64,000 nucleotides of DNA, from contig JBAZQV010000001.1 of NCBI GenBank assembly GCA_041645025.1, positions 1,519-65,518 of the forward strand, written 5' to 3'. The notes below the pieces were generated by a model. That model did not search any database. It was not told the origin of the DNA and worked only from the letters and a program-made list of their open reading frames with translations. The position numbers and the translations under genes are program-made. Source of the stretch: Candidatus Aenigmatarchaeota archaeon (GTDB lineage: Archaea; Aenigmatarchaeota; Aenigmatarchaeia; GW2011-AR5). Below, piece after piece: positions 1-8,259 of the stretch; the stretch's first letter is position 1; each line of letters begins with the position of its first letter.

Positions 1-168
1 GCATGAAGCATGCCAGACAGCTGATTGTGCATGGTCATGTAACGGTTAGCGAAAAGAAAATATTCTGGCCGAGCTACATCGTTGAAAAAAACGATGAAGA
101 TAGAGTAGCCCTTGACCCGCACATTGCTAGCAAGATCTCGTCTTCTACTGAGAAGACGGGATCCGGAT
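1..168 (+). CDS. rps4: 30S ribosomal protein S4 (uS4), C-terminal fragment; start lies outside the window
   Basis: Frame-3 translation MKHARQLIVHGHVTVSEKKIFWPSYIV... resembles the S4 C-terminus; it precedes S11 as in the archaeal S13-S4-S11-RpoD cluster. Confidence 0.55.
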
Positions 169-219
169 GAACTTTTGTTCATCCTAGATGATTAAGGAAG
201 AGGCGAAGAAGGAATAATT

Positions 220-612
220 ATGACGACAAAAGAAAAATGGGGAATAGCGCACATATTTTCATCGGTTAATAATACTATTGTTCATATAACCGACATAACC
301 GGTGCCGAAACCATAGCGATCGCATCAGGCGGACAGGTTTCGGATAGAGACATGAACAAGGGAAAACCTTTCACCGCCATGAAGGTGGCGCGAAAGGCTG
401 CGGAAAAGGCTACTGCTTCTGGCATTACAAACCTGCACATAAGAATACGCGCACCTGGCGGAATAAAGGCAAGGATACCCGGACAGGGCGCGCAACCTGC
501 TATTCGTGCTTTAGCCCGCGCGGGATTCCGCATAGGTCAGATAGAGGACGTTACACCTGTACCGCATGACACCTGCAGAAAGAAAGGTGGAAGAAGAGGG
601 CGCCGTGTTTAG
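220..612 (+). CDS. rps11: 30S ribosomal protein S11 (uS11)
   Basis: 130 aa; C-terminal [35 protein letters not shown]... is a typical S11 signature. Confidence 0.9.
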   Translation: MTTKEKWGIAHIFSSVNNTIVHITDITGAETIAIASGGQVSDRDMNKGKPFTAMKVARKAAEKATASGITNLHIRIRAPGGIKARIPGQGAQPAIRALARAGFRIGQIEDVTPVPHDTCRKKGGRRGRRV

Positions 613-615
613 GAG

Positions 616-1407
616 ATGATAATAATGAACATAAAAATACTAGAGAAGTCGGACATGAAAATGAGGTTTCTGCTTGAAAAGGCGAACCCCGCATTTGCGA
701 ATGCGCTCAGACGCGTGGCAAAGAACGAGGTGCCTACAATGGCAGTAGAATATGTGGATTTCGAGGAGAACACTTCTGGCATGTTTGACGAGCTTTTGGC
801 GCACCGCATTGGACTTATACCGCTAACCTTTGACACAGCGGTTTACAACCTGAAGAACGAGTGCAAGTGCGGCGGAAAGGGCTGCAGCAAATGCGAAGTT
901 ACTCTTGTGCTTGAAAAGCAGGGCCCGTGCATTGTTAAGGCCGGAGACATGAAATCCACGGACGACAGCGTACTGCCTGCGGACAAGGATATACCAATTA
1001 TTGAGCTGCTTGAAAATCAGAGACTGAAATTTGAGGCAGTGGCGCAGCTGGGCCTTGGCATTGATCATATAAAATGGCAGGCATCTAATGTTGGTTACCA
1101 GTATGTTCCTATAGTAAAAGTTAACAGCGAGAAAGCGGACCCGAAGATAGCCGACATCTGCCCTGCCCATGTCTTTGACAAAAAGGACGGCAAGGTGAAA
1201 GTGGTTGCGGAGGACAAATGCGTACTCTGTATGCGGTGCGTCGAGACCAGTGAAGGGGTATCGGTTTCGGCAGACGATACGAGCTTTGTATTCAATATCG
1301 AATCAGTATCAGGCCTGACGGTAAAGGAAATCCTTAACAAGAGCCTAGACGTACTCGAGGAAAGATCCCAGGCACTGGCTGACAACATTAAAAAATCAGT
1401 GAAATAA
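616..1407 (+). CDS. rpoD: DNA-directed RNA polymerase subunit D (Rpo3) with 4Fe-4S-type cysteine clusters
   Basis: 263 aa; conserved position after S11; cysteine motifs CKCGGKGCSKC and CPAHV...CVLCMRC. Confidence 0.85.
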   Translation: MIIMNIKILEKSDMKMRFLLEKANPAFANALRRVAKNEVPTMAVEYVDFEENTSGMFDELLAHRIGLIPLTFDTAVYNLKNECKCGGKGCSKCEVTLVLEKQGPCIVKAGDMKSTDDSVLPADKDIPIIELLENQRLKFEAVAQLGLGIDHIKWQASNVGYQYVPIVKVNSEKADPKIADICPAHVFDKKDGKVKVVAEDKCVLCMRCVETSEGVSVSADDTSFVFNIESVSGLTVKEILNKSLDVLEERSQALADNIKKSVK

Positions 1408-1496
1408 GCCCTTTTTCGAAAAAAGCGCTTGCGGAAAAGAAATTACAGTTAAGAAAAAAATTAAGATTTAAACCTTGCAAGAAAATATTTGATCAG

Positions 1497-1676
1497 GCGA
1501 GGGTACCCAAGAAGCCCTTTTCTAAAGAAAAGCGCTTGCGGAAAAGAACAAGAGCCCTTTTACAGAAAAGGACTTGGGAATCTGGTCAAAGGGGCAGGAG
1601 ACGACTAATAATCGTCTGCTAAACTTAAGATCCTGTGGCAGTAGTGCCTACGGGAGTTCAAATCTCCTCCCTCGCA
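1497..1676 (+). tRNA. tRNA-Leu(UAA) with two introns. Exon1 1497-1511, intron1 ~1512-1580 (D-loop, 15/16), exon2 1581-1599, intron2 1600-1623 (31/32), exon3 1624-1676. Predicted mature length 87 nt; no encoded CCA.
   Basis: Acceptor GCGAGGG pairs with CCCTCGC; T-arm GGGAG-TTCAAAT-CTCCT; D-region TACCCAAG/TCTGGTCAAAGGGG matches archaeal tRNA-Leu; anticodon stem CAGGA/TCCTG with loop CTTAAGA; long variable arm TGGCAGTAGTGCCTAC; CCCAAG/CTTGGG helix at the intron1 boundary. Confidence 0.75.
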
Positions 1677-1735
1677 TAAGCCCCTTTCTTAAAAAGAAAG
1701 TGGCTTGCGGTCAAAGAAAATATTAAAAAAAGCAC
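1677..1735 (+). promoter_or_regulatory. Recurrent U-rich palindromic hairpin plus BRE/TATA-like module upstream of L18e
   Basis: CCCCTTTCTTAAAAAGAAAG hairpin followed by GTGGCTTGCGGTCAAAGAAAATATTAAAAAAAG; the same module follows the stops of rpoD and of the 572-aa and 783-aa genes. Confidence 0.45.
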
Positions 1736-1784
1736 CGTCGGAAAATACACGAAAGTCAGTCAAAGAATCATAGGAGTAATAATT

Positions 1785-2120
1785 ATGCCACATCCAACAG
1801 GACCAACGGACCCTAACACAAGGGCGTTGATTGTCAAAATGAAAAAGAAGAAAGAAAAGTTTTACTTAGTTATAGCTAGACATCTTGCAAAATCCAAGAG
1901 AAGCAAAGTCCCAGTTAATGTAACAAAGATTGGAAAGATTGCGATGGAAAACGATACGGTTGCGGTGCCGGGAAGGGTTCTTGGATCGGGTGAGATAAAA
2001 AAGCCCGTAACGGTTTACGCACTTTCATTTTCAAAGGAAGCGCGAAAAAAAATAACCACATCTGGCGGCAAGTGTCTGCCGCTGAGCGAGCTTGAGAAAA
2101 AAGCGAGGCTTATTGTATGA
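1785..2120 (+). CDS. rpl18e: 50S ribosomal protein L18e
   Basis: 111 aa, basic; conserved position before L13 in the archaeal cluster. Confidence 0.8.
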   Translation: MPHPTGPTDPNTRALIVKMKKKKEKFYLVIARHLAKSKRSKVPVNVTKIGKIAMENDTVAVPGRVLGSGEIKKPVTVYALSFSKEARKKITTSGGKCLPLSELEKKARLIV

Positions 2121-2515
2121 TAATAAATGGAAAGGGCGCGGTGCTTGGAAGACTGGCATCTTACACAGCCAAAAAGCTGCTTGCAGGCGAAGAGATTTCA
2201 ATAGTAAATGCGGAAAGTGTAATAATAACAGGCAATCGCCACGAGATTACAACCGGCTACCTTGTAAAAAGAGAGGTGGGATCTCCACAACACGGGCCGT
2301 TCTTTCCCACAAAACCGGATTTAATTGTCAGAAGAACGATTAGAAGCATGCTGCCCTACAAGACGAACAAGGGCAGGATTGCTTTCAAGAAACTGAGGGT
2401 CTATGTAGGAACACCGGCGGACATGCAAAATGGAGAGAGCATTGCTGTCAAGACAATCAGAAGCAGTTACATGACAGTTGGTGATGTGGCTACGCTGCTG
2501 GGATGGAGAAAGTGA
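2117..2515 (+). CDS. rpl13: 50S ribosomal protein L13 (uL13)
   Basis: 132 aa; MIINGKGAVLGRLASYTAKKLLAGEEISIVNAE... is the L13 N-terminus. Confidence 0.9.
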   Translation: MIINGKGAVLGRLASYTAKKLLAGEEISIVNAESVIITGNRHEITTGYLVKREVGSPQHGPFFPTKPDLIVRRTIRSMLPYKTNKGRIAFKKLRVYVGTPADMQNGESIAVKTIRSSYMTVGDVATLLGWRK

Positions 2516-2576
2516 TAATTATCTGCAAACAACCTATGGGTTGTTTGAGATGTCAATCAATGGAGTTGGATTGAAC

Positions 2577-3008
2577 ATGGCTGATGAAACACCAAAGAAA
2601 AAGAAGAAAATGATGATTGTAATGGGCAAGAGAAAGAAAGCTGTGGCAAGCGCAATTATACAGGATGGCACAGGTGTTATAAGGGTAAACTCGGCGCTAC
2701 TTGATGCTATACATCCACGCTATGTTCAGATGCGGCTCAAGGAGCCTATAATTCTTGCCGGCGACCTCGTGAAGAGAGTAAACATAGATGTTAAGGTTAC
2801 CGGCGGAGGCGTATGGGGGCAGGCGGATGCTGCCCGCACCGCGATAGCCAATGCTCTTGTGCGGTGGTTCAAGGACAACAAACTCAAAGAGACTTATGTT
2901 GATTATGATCGTTCACTGCTTGTTTCTGATCCAAGGAGAACAGAGCCTCACAAACCATCCCGCTCAACAGCAGGACCAAGAAGAACGAAACAGCAAAGTA
3001 AACGTTAA
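2577..3008 (+). CDS. rps9: 30S ribosomal protein S9 (uS9)
   Basis: Start trimmed to MADETPKKKK...; C-terminal ...SRSTAGPRRTKQQSKR is typical of S9. Confidence 0.85.
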   Translation: MADETPKKKKKMMIVMGKRKKAVASAIIQDGTGVIRVNSALLDAIHPRYVQMRLKEPIILAGDLVKRVNIDVKVTGGGVWGQADAARTAIANALVRWFKDNKLKETYVDYDRSLLVSDPRRTEPHKPSRSTAGPRRTKQQSKR

Positions 3009-3047
3009 ATAATTAGCAATTTGTAAAAGAAAATATAGGTGATTAAC

Positions 3048-3242
3048 ATGCAGATTCCAATTCGTTGTTTTAGCTGCGGTAAGCCCGTAGGCGGCTTGTG
3101 GGAAAAATACAAGGAACGCGTTGATAGAGGCGAGCAGCCGGGCAAAGTTCTTGATGATCTTGGTGTTGAGCGTTACTGCTGCAGAGCACTGCTGCTTACA
3201 CACAGAGACATAATCAAGAAGATCGCGAAGTACAGGGTATAA
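3048..3242 (+). CDS. rpoN: DNA-directed RNA polymerase subunit N (Rpo10)
   Basis: MQIPIRCFSCGKPVG...YCCRALL zinc-binding motif of RpoN/Rpb10. Confidence 0.85.
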   Translation: MQIPIRCFSCGKPVGGLWEKYKERVDRGEQPGKVLDDLGVERYCCRALLLTHRDIIKKIAKYRV

Positions 3243-3295
3243 TTGATTCTAGTATTTTTCTGACCTATAAAAATAGAAACAGACAATTTCTATTC

Positions 3296-4024
3296 ATGAA
3301 CATCAAACAGCTGCTTGCTATTGCCAAAATAGTCCCAAAACCCGAAATGGACCAGTACTTTCTTCAGGACGATTCGATACTGAACGAGGAAGTTTCTCTC
3401 GCCAAGCTAAGCAGCAAGGATACCGTTTTGGAGATAGGCGCGGGCATAGGCAACCTCACTATACTCTTGTCAAAGAAGACAAAGGTAATAGCAGTGGAAA
3501 AGGATTATGCTTTTTCGCACGTCCTGAAGGGCATACAAAACACAAATACAATATTTGGCGATGCGCTGGAATTTCTTGAGTCTCTGAGAAATGTAGATAA
3601 GAAGCCACGTATTGTCACATTTAATAAAATCGTCTCGAATATTCCCTACTCCATTTCACAGCCTTTGCTGCTTGAATTTTTCAGGCACAAATGGGACATT
3701 GCTATCCTGATCGTGCAGAAGGAGTTTGCTGAAAAGCTGATATCAAAGGAAAGACTGGGAATGATAATGTCAGACATCGCTGAAACAAAAATAATCAGAG
3801 ACGTGCCTGCTAACGCGTTTTATCCAGAAGCAGTACCTTCTTCTCTTGTCGTTGTCAAACAGAAGAAACTTCTCGACGACAAATTCTGGGATTTTCTATG
3901 TTCGCTTAAGCCGAACAAGAATGTCTCTAATCAGGTAAAAAAATGCCCCAAAGAACTCGCTATCAAAAAATCCCATCAGCTTACCTTGACAGAATTGAAG
4001 AAACTCTACACCCTACAGAAGTAA
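3296..4024 (+). CDS. ksgA: 16S rRNA (adenine1518/1519-N6)-dimethyltransferase KsgA/Dim1
   Basis: LEIGAGIGNLT motif I and NIPYSISQP motif. Confidence 0.75.
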   Translation: MNIKQLLAIAKIVPKPEMDQYFLQDDSILNEEVSLAKLSSKDTVLEIGAGIGNLTILLSKKTKVIAVEKDYAFSHVLKGIQNTNTIFGDALEFLESLRNVDKKPRIVTFNKIVSNIPYSISQPLLLEFFRHKWDIAILIVQKEFAEKLISKERLGMIMSDIAETKIIRDVPANAFYPEAVPSSLVVVKQKKLLDDKFWDFLCSLKPNKNVSNQVKKCPKELAIKKSHQLTLTELKKLYTLQK

Positions 4025-4125
4025 TGGCGCCAAACTCGTAGGTTAACAGAACCGCGTAATGCTTAAAAGGCGGCCAAGTCGCGAAAAGCTTAAAAGGCGG
4101 GTCTACAAGATTAGATTGTGATATT

Positions 4126-4854
4126 ATGCAACTAGAAATGCCAACGATAGCGACAACGGATTTGCCCAGTGAAACCGCCAGGTATGTTGATGAAGCGTAC
4201 AAAGAAATAAACACTGGAGCAAGGGTTGGAATAGTTGAGGAACGTACTACAGGAAAGGTGCCTATTCACATAGACAGAAAGCCGTGTTATGCTGGTGTCA
4301 CTCATTTTGAACCGATTTATACAAAGGATGGATTAGATGTGGAAAGCGTCCGTGTTGGGATAAGCGATAGCCTTCCTACCTATATAGATATTGGCAGAAA
4401 ACGCCTTAATTACAAGAAGCGTGTCGCACGTCACGAATTCCGCCATGTGTTATCTGAAAAATTATTGAGATACATGCATGACGTGACTGACAGACAAAGC
4501 ACGCTTATCATGGAGTCGTATGCAGAGTTTGCTGGAATAAAGGGAGGAACTGAGGACAAGGAAACTGTTTTGCTTACAACGCCCTATACGCCGGCGGTTA
4601 AACTTGGTTACTTTATTGATGAGTTCTACAGAAGCGAAAGAGATGGAAAAACCGGCTACGCCGCTTTCATAAGAGACATACAGAGATACAAGTCAGCTAA
4701 AATGGCTATTATGAATCTAGGAAGAAATATCAAGGAAGCGGTAGACAGAGGAGTAGATGTGGGCGGCAGGACTGAGGCTATATACAAATCAGAAGTAATG
4801 GATGCTCGTAGAAGGGTCGGTGTTGATATAGCTGCATATCCTATGGCAGCTTAA
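4126..4854 (+). CDS. Hypothetical protein with an HExxH (HEFRH) zinc-metalloprotease-like motif
   Basis: 242 aa; single HEFRH motif; no other recognisable signature. Confidence 0.35.
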   Translation: MQLEMPTIATTDLPSETARYVDEAYKEINTGARVGIVEERTTGKVPIHIDRKPCYAGVTHFEPIYTKDGLDVESVRVGISDSLPTYIDIGRKRLNYKKRVARHEFRHVLSEKLLRYMHDVTDRQSTLIMESYAEFAGIKGGTEDKETVLLTTPYTPAVKLGYFIDEFYRSERDGKTGYAAFIRDIQRYKSAKMAIMNLGRNIKEAVDRGVDVGGRTEAIYKSEVMDARRRVGVDIAAYPMAA

Positions 4855-5066
4855 CTAACAATAATCTTGTTCTTGCCGCGGAAACCGTCACCAAGCTTTG
4901 TTTCGTCTGGTATGTGGCCGCTCTGCAACATCTTCATTTCACGCAGAGTCTGCAGATGCGTTCGGCTGTGAACCTTGAGAGCATTCCAGCTGGGAAAAAC
5001 CTGCTCACATCTCATGCATCTGGCTGTTGATTTTGATTTTTTACGTCTGATAGAAATCTTTCTCAT
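4851..5066 (-). CDS. Small C2H2-type zinc-finger protein
   Basis: 71 aa; CMRCEQVFPSWNALKVHSRTH matches C-x2-C-x12-H-x3-H. Confidence 0.4.
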   Translation of the reverse strand: MRKISIRRKKSKSTARCMRCEQVFPSWNALKVHSRTHLQTLREMKMLQSGHIPDETKLGDGFRGKNKIIVS

Positions 5067-5294
5067 ACTGATATTCAGGTCGGAAATTATTTATAGTGAA
5101 TCCACAAAGGAATACAGACATGATTTGTGGATTCACATATAGCTCACAAGGAAATATAATATGTCATTTTTGTTCCTTGTAGAGTTATAAGAGGTAAAGT
5201 AAGATGATAAAGCGGGTTCTTCTAACTGAGATTTCATCCTATTTTCTACCGCGCGTTTTCGTTCATATAAAAAGATTTTTATGACCATAATTGC

Positions 5295-6401
5295 ATGCTT
5301 CTCGACAAGTATTACCCCAAAACCACGAAAGACCTAATAGGCAATCCCGCTGCTATCATGGACATCAGAAAATTCTTAGCAAGCTGGAAAAAAGGCAAGG
5401 CGCTGCTTGTTTACGGACCAACCGGAAGCGGTAAATCTATTTCCGTAAAACTTGCGGCAAAGGAACTTGGTTATGAAATTCTTGAAACTCACGCTGACGA
5501 GGAAAGACCGGCGAAGGGTTTTTTTGAAGCGTCGATGCAACGGAGCATTTTTTCGAAAAAGAAGCTGCTGCTGTTCGAGGATGTGGGAACTGCAGCAATG
5601 CGAAACTTTTCACAGCTCATCAGCAAGAGTGAACATCCGATAATATGCACAACAGATGACGCGTATCAGTTGTCGGCTGCTGCGAGAAAGCCTTTCAAAT
5701 TGCTAAAGTTTGACAAGATAGGCGAATCTGATATGATAAGGTTTCTGGAGCTGCTATGTAAAAACGAGCATATCACGTTACAGCAAAGGGACCTGGAGCA
5801 GTTGGCTAGGACAAGCAATGGTGATGTACGCGCGCTGCTTATAGACTTGGATGTGCTTCAGCTGGGGCTCAAGTACAATAATTACAGGGATGCAGAGGAA
5901 AACATATTCAACACGCTGAAGGTAATATTCAAGACCACTAATATTGAGAATTGCCGAATGGCTATGGATAGCTCTGAGAAAGACAGCGAAGAACTTTTCT
6001 GGTGGCTGGAACAGAACGTGGTCGAGGAGTATACAGACACAGATTCAATAGCAACTGCTTATGATTACCTTTCAAAGGCGGATATTTTTTATTCCAGAAT
6101 AATAAGACGGCAGTCATGGAGCCTGCAAAAGTATTTTTCAGAACTCTCTGCCTACGGGGTTGCGCTGGCCAAGAACAAACCAAGCATACGCTTTGTTTCC
6201 TACAGACCACCTGCTTTTGCGAGAAGACCAGGTAATATGACGCTTGAAAAGCTCGCAAGGAACCTGCATATTTCGAGGAAACATGCGGCTGCTTATATAC
6301 CAATCGTAAGGATGCTCGTTAAAAAGAAAAGCAACATATGCGAAGAGCTGGGCATGGATGACAAGGAAATTTCTTTTGTCCTAAATGAACGTTATAGTTG
6401 A
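5295..6401 (+). CDS. rfcL: Replication factor C large subunit-like AAA+ ATPase
   Basis: KYYPKTTKDLIGN N-terminus, Walker A GPTGSGKS, RFC box VII-like SNGDVRALLIDLDVLQ. Confidence 0.7.
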   Translation: MLLDKYYPKTTKDLIGNPAAIMDIRKFLASWKKGKALLVYGPTGSGKSISVKLAAKELGYEILETHADEERPAKGFFEASMQRSIFSKKKLLLFEDVGTAAMRNFSQLISKSEHPIICTTDDAYQLSAAARKPFKLLKFDKIGESDMIRFLELLCKNEHITLQQRDLEQLARTSNGDVRALLIDLDVLQLGLKYNNYRDAEENIFNTLKVIFKTTNIENCRMAMDSSEKDSEELFWWLEQNVVEEYTDTDSIATAYDYLSKADIFYSRIIRRQSWSLQKYFSELSAYGVALAKNKPSIRFVSYRPPAFARRPGNMTLEKLARNLHISRKHAAAYIPIVRMLVKKKSNICEELGMDDKEISFVLNERYS

Positions 6402-6406
6402 CCAAC

Positions 6407-6600
6407 TTAATATTCAGGTACAACAAAGAACTTGTAGTTCTTTGTGTACAGAAAGAACTTTGTTCTTTCTTGTATTATAAAAGTTGGTCACATACAAGGT
6501 GAAACAAAGTTTCACCTGTACAGGTTAAGCGTTGCTTAACCATGTATAGCAAACCAAGGTATAATATCCAGATTCTTTACTTGGTTAGCTATAAACCAAT
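6407..6600 (+). ncRNA. Structured ~190-nt element, copy 1 of a two-copy family (candidate ncRNA or structured repeat)
   Basis: Closing helix CCAACTT/AAGTTGG encloses two hairpins, followed by a GTGAAAC hairpin, palindromic CCTGTACAGG and further hairpins; copy 2 at 46488-46670 keeps the architecture with compensatory stem changes. Confidence 0.4.
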
Positions 6601-6615
6601 GCTAGTAACTGGGCT

Positions 6616-7020
6616 CTAGGGCGCAAGTATTTGTGAAGGCGAATTCAGCGTCGTGAAGTTGTAGATTAAACCATCCTGCGAAGCAACAAGAAAATCAAGG
6701 CTAACGTTGTTTGTGACATCGCAATCATTTATGTTATATTTCATATAGAAAAAAATGCCCTTCGGAGCCAGTATATTCCATGCGGTTGCGTTCAGCTCCT
6801 TCAGATTTGTGCTGAGGTTCCTGCATGTTGGATTGTCATCGGTGACGGTATTCTTTATTATGTTATCCAGTTGTTTTGTGATGCTGTTAAAGTAAATATC
6901 ATTGCTTATTCTTGCCGGTGAAGAGGGGTCAACAACAAAGTAATCTTTTAGCAGAAGTGAGATGCCTAGAAATACGCTCGAAATTATTACAGCTGAAATG
7001 ATGAACCACTGGCCTTTCAT
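6616..7020 (-). CDS. Small secreted/membrane-anchored protein with a possible class III (type IV pilin-like) signal peptide
   Basis: N-terminus MKGQWFIISAVIISSVFLG: charged residue, Gly at -1, Gln at +1, hydrophobic stretch. Confidence 0.35.
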   Translation of the reverse strand: MKGQWFIISAVIISSVFLGISLLLKDYFVVDPSSPARISNDIYFNSITKQLDNIIKNTVTDDNPTCRNLSTNLKELNATAWNILAPKGIFFYMKYNINDCDVTNNVSLDFLVASQDGLIYNFTTLNSPSQILAP

Positions 7021-7317
7021 TTATTCACCAACTGAAATAACCTGGGCATGCATTGTCCCTCCTATTTTCATTACCGACGACGCTTCAACAATCTTCTTTT
7101 CAATCAACATATTTATTATATTATTGCCGACGGCATTTATTATGGTTGCGTTCTTCGCAAGCTTCAAGGCACCGGTACCATCACAGTTTTTACCTTTGTA
7201 GAATTCGGATATTGTTATTTCCAGGTCACCGCTGTTGAAGGTCTTGCCTAGAATATCCTCATCACAAATTGCAAGCAGCACTTCTCTGTCCTTTTTGAAC
7301 AGATTATAGTAAAACAT
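7021..7317 (-). CDS. Hypothetical protein (start trimmed to MFYYNL because the long ORF overlaps aIF2beta)
   Basis: ORF overlaps the 3' end of the aIF2beta gene; an internal Met gives a non-overlapping 99-aa product. Confidence 0.35.
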   Translation of the reverse strand: MFYYNLFKKDREVLLAICDEDILGKTFNSGDLEITISEFYKGKNCDGTGALKLAKNATIINAVGNNIINMLIEKKIVEASSVMKIGGTMHAQVISVGE

Positions 7318-7321
7318 AGTA

Positions 7322-7804
7322 TCACAGCTTTGCCGGGCGTTTTGCACCACATGCCTCACACTTGATAAATGTGTAGCTGTCAACTTTCTGCAAGGTGGTA
7401 TCGGGTTTTCCACACTCCTTGCATAACACAAGATCCTTGACGTACTCACGGATACGCTGATTGATAAGCGCCGTGGGAACCTTGGACTGCAGCACAAGCT
7501 CATTGTTTCGTACAGTTCCCGGAACTGCGAGTTCCTTGAACATGTATTTTGCTATTTCCAATGGCTCTCTCCGAAGGGCTTTTGCCATGTCGAGAAAATT
7601 CTTAATTATGGTCTGTTTCTTTCCTGTCTGAACTGATGCGACAGGTATCTCGAATCTGATTTCTGTTCTTGTAGGAAGATTTTGTCTGGCCTTTTTGAGA
7701 AGTTCTTCATAGTTCATTATAAATCCCTTTCTTTCCAATGCGGACGACGCCTTTGGCGTCATTCTGTTCAGGTCTTTATCATACCCCAACTCGAGGAAAG
7801 CCAA
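7322..7804 (-). CDS. eif2b: Translation initiation factor aIF-2 beta subunit (true start possibly at 7717, MNYEELL)
   Basis: C-terminal zinc ribbon CKECGKPDT...CEACGA and aIF2beta core. Confidence 0.8.
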   Translation of the reverse strand: MAFLELGYDKDLNRMTPKASSALERKGFIMNYEELLKKARQNLPTRTEIRFEIPVASVQTGKKQTIIKNFLDMAKALRREPLEIAKYMFKELAVPGTVRNNELVLQSKVPTALINQRIREYVKDLVLCKECGKPDTTLQKVDSYTFIKCEACGAKRPAKL

Positions 7805-7867
7805 GCTTTCCTGAGTCGCCAGTTGCGTGCAACTGTACGAAGAAAGGAGTTGACTCAGACTTCGTCT

Positions 7868-8245
7868 TCAGATATTAATATTCTGTTCACCCAAATATTT
7901 TGTTTTTGCAGATTTTATTGTTCCTGTCACACCAATTATTTTTATTATACATTTTGTTTCACTTATAATGGATATCAGGGACAGGGCGGTTCTTACCTTT
8001 TCCATATTATCATGCCTGCACTTTATCATGCCAATCTGTTTTTTGCTGTCATAAGTATTGTGCACAAACCATATATTCGCCTCGGCACCGCCAAGTTCAC
8101 CAAGGAACTCCATGGTGCTTGTCCATATGGTGTTCACCAACTCGCCATAAATTATCGGCTGGTCTGATATGACTTCAAATACTATGTAGCGCTTTGGCGG
8201 ACGCATGCTGGGAGGTAGCATTTTTGGTTCTGCCATAATTATCAA
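7868..8245 (-). CDS. rnp2: RNase P protein component 2 (Pop5 family)
   Basis: 125 aa; PPSMRPPKRYIVFEVIS N-terminus typical of Pop5; adjacent to Rpp30. Confidence 0.7.
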   Translation of the reverse strand: MIIMAEPKMLPPSMRPPKRYIVFEVISDQPIIYGELVNTIWTSTMEFLGELGGAEANIWFVHNTYDSKKQIGMIKCRHDNMEKVRTALSLISIISETKCIIKIIGVTGTIKSAKTKYLGEQNINI

Positions 8246-8259
8246 CTCATGTTGGTATT

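Noticed and set aside
1593-1620. Hairpin GACGA-CTAATAA-TCGTC read as an anticodon arm (anticodon AAU)
   Set aside because: Reading it as an intron gives a complete canonical tRNA-Leu with a CTTAAGA loop and a long variable arm. An AAU anticodon would be anomalous, and the D-loop and variable arm indicate Leu.
5295-6600. The AAA+ gene as Orc1/Cdc6 with the adjacent structured element as an oriC (ORB repeats)
   Set aside because: The protein has an RFC box VII-like SNGDVRALL motif and a KYYPKT N-terminus typical of RFC large subunit. The element lacks ORB/mini-ORB-like repeats and an AT-rich unwinding element, and its second copy is not next to an initiator gene.
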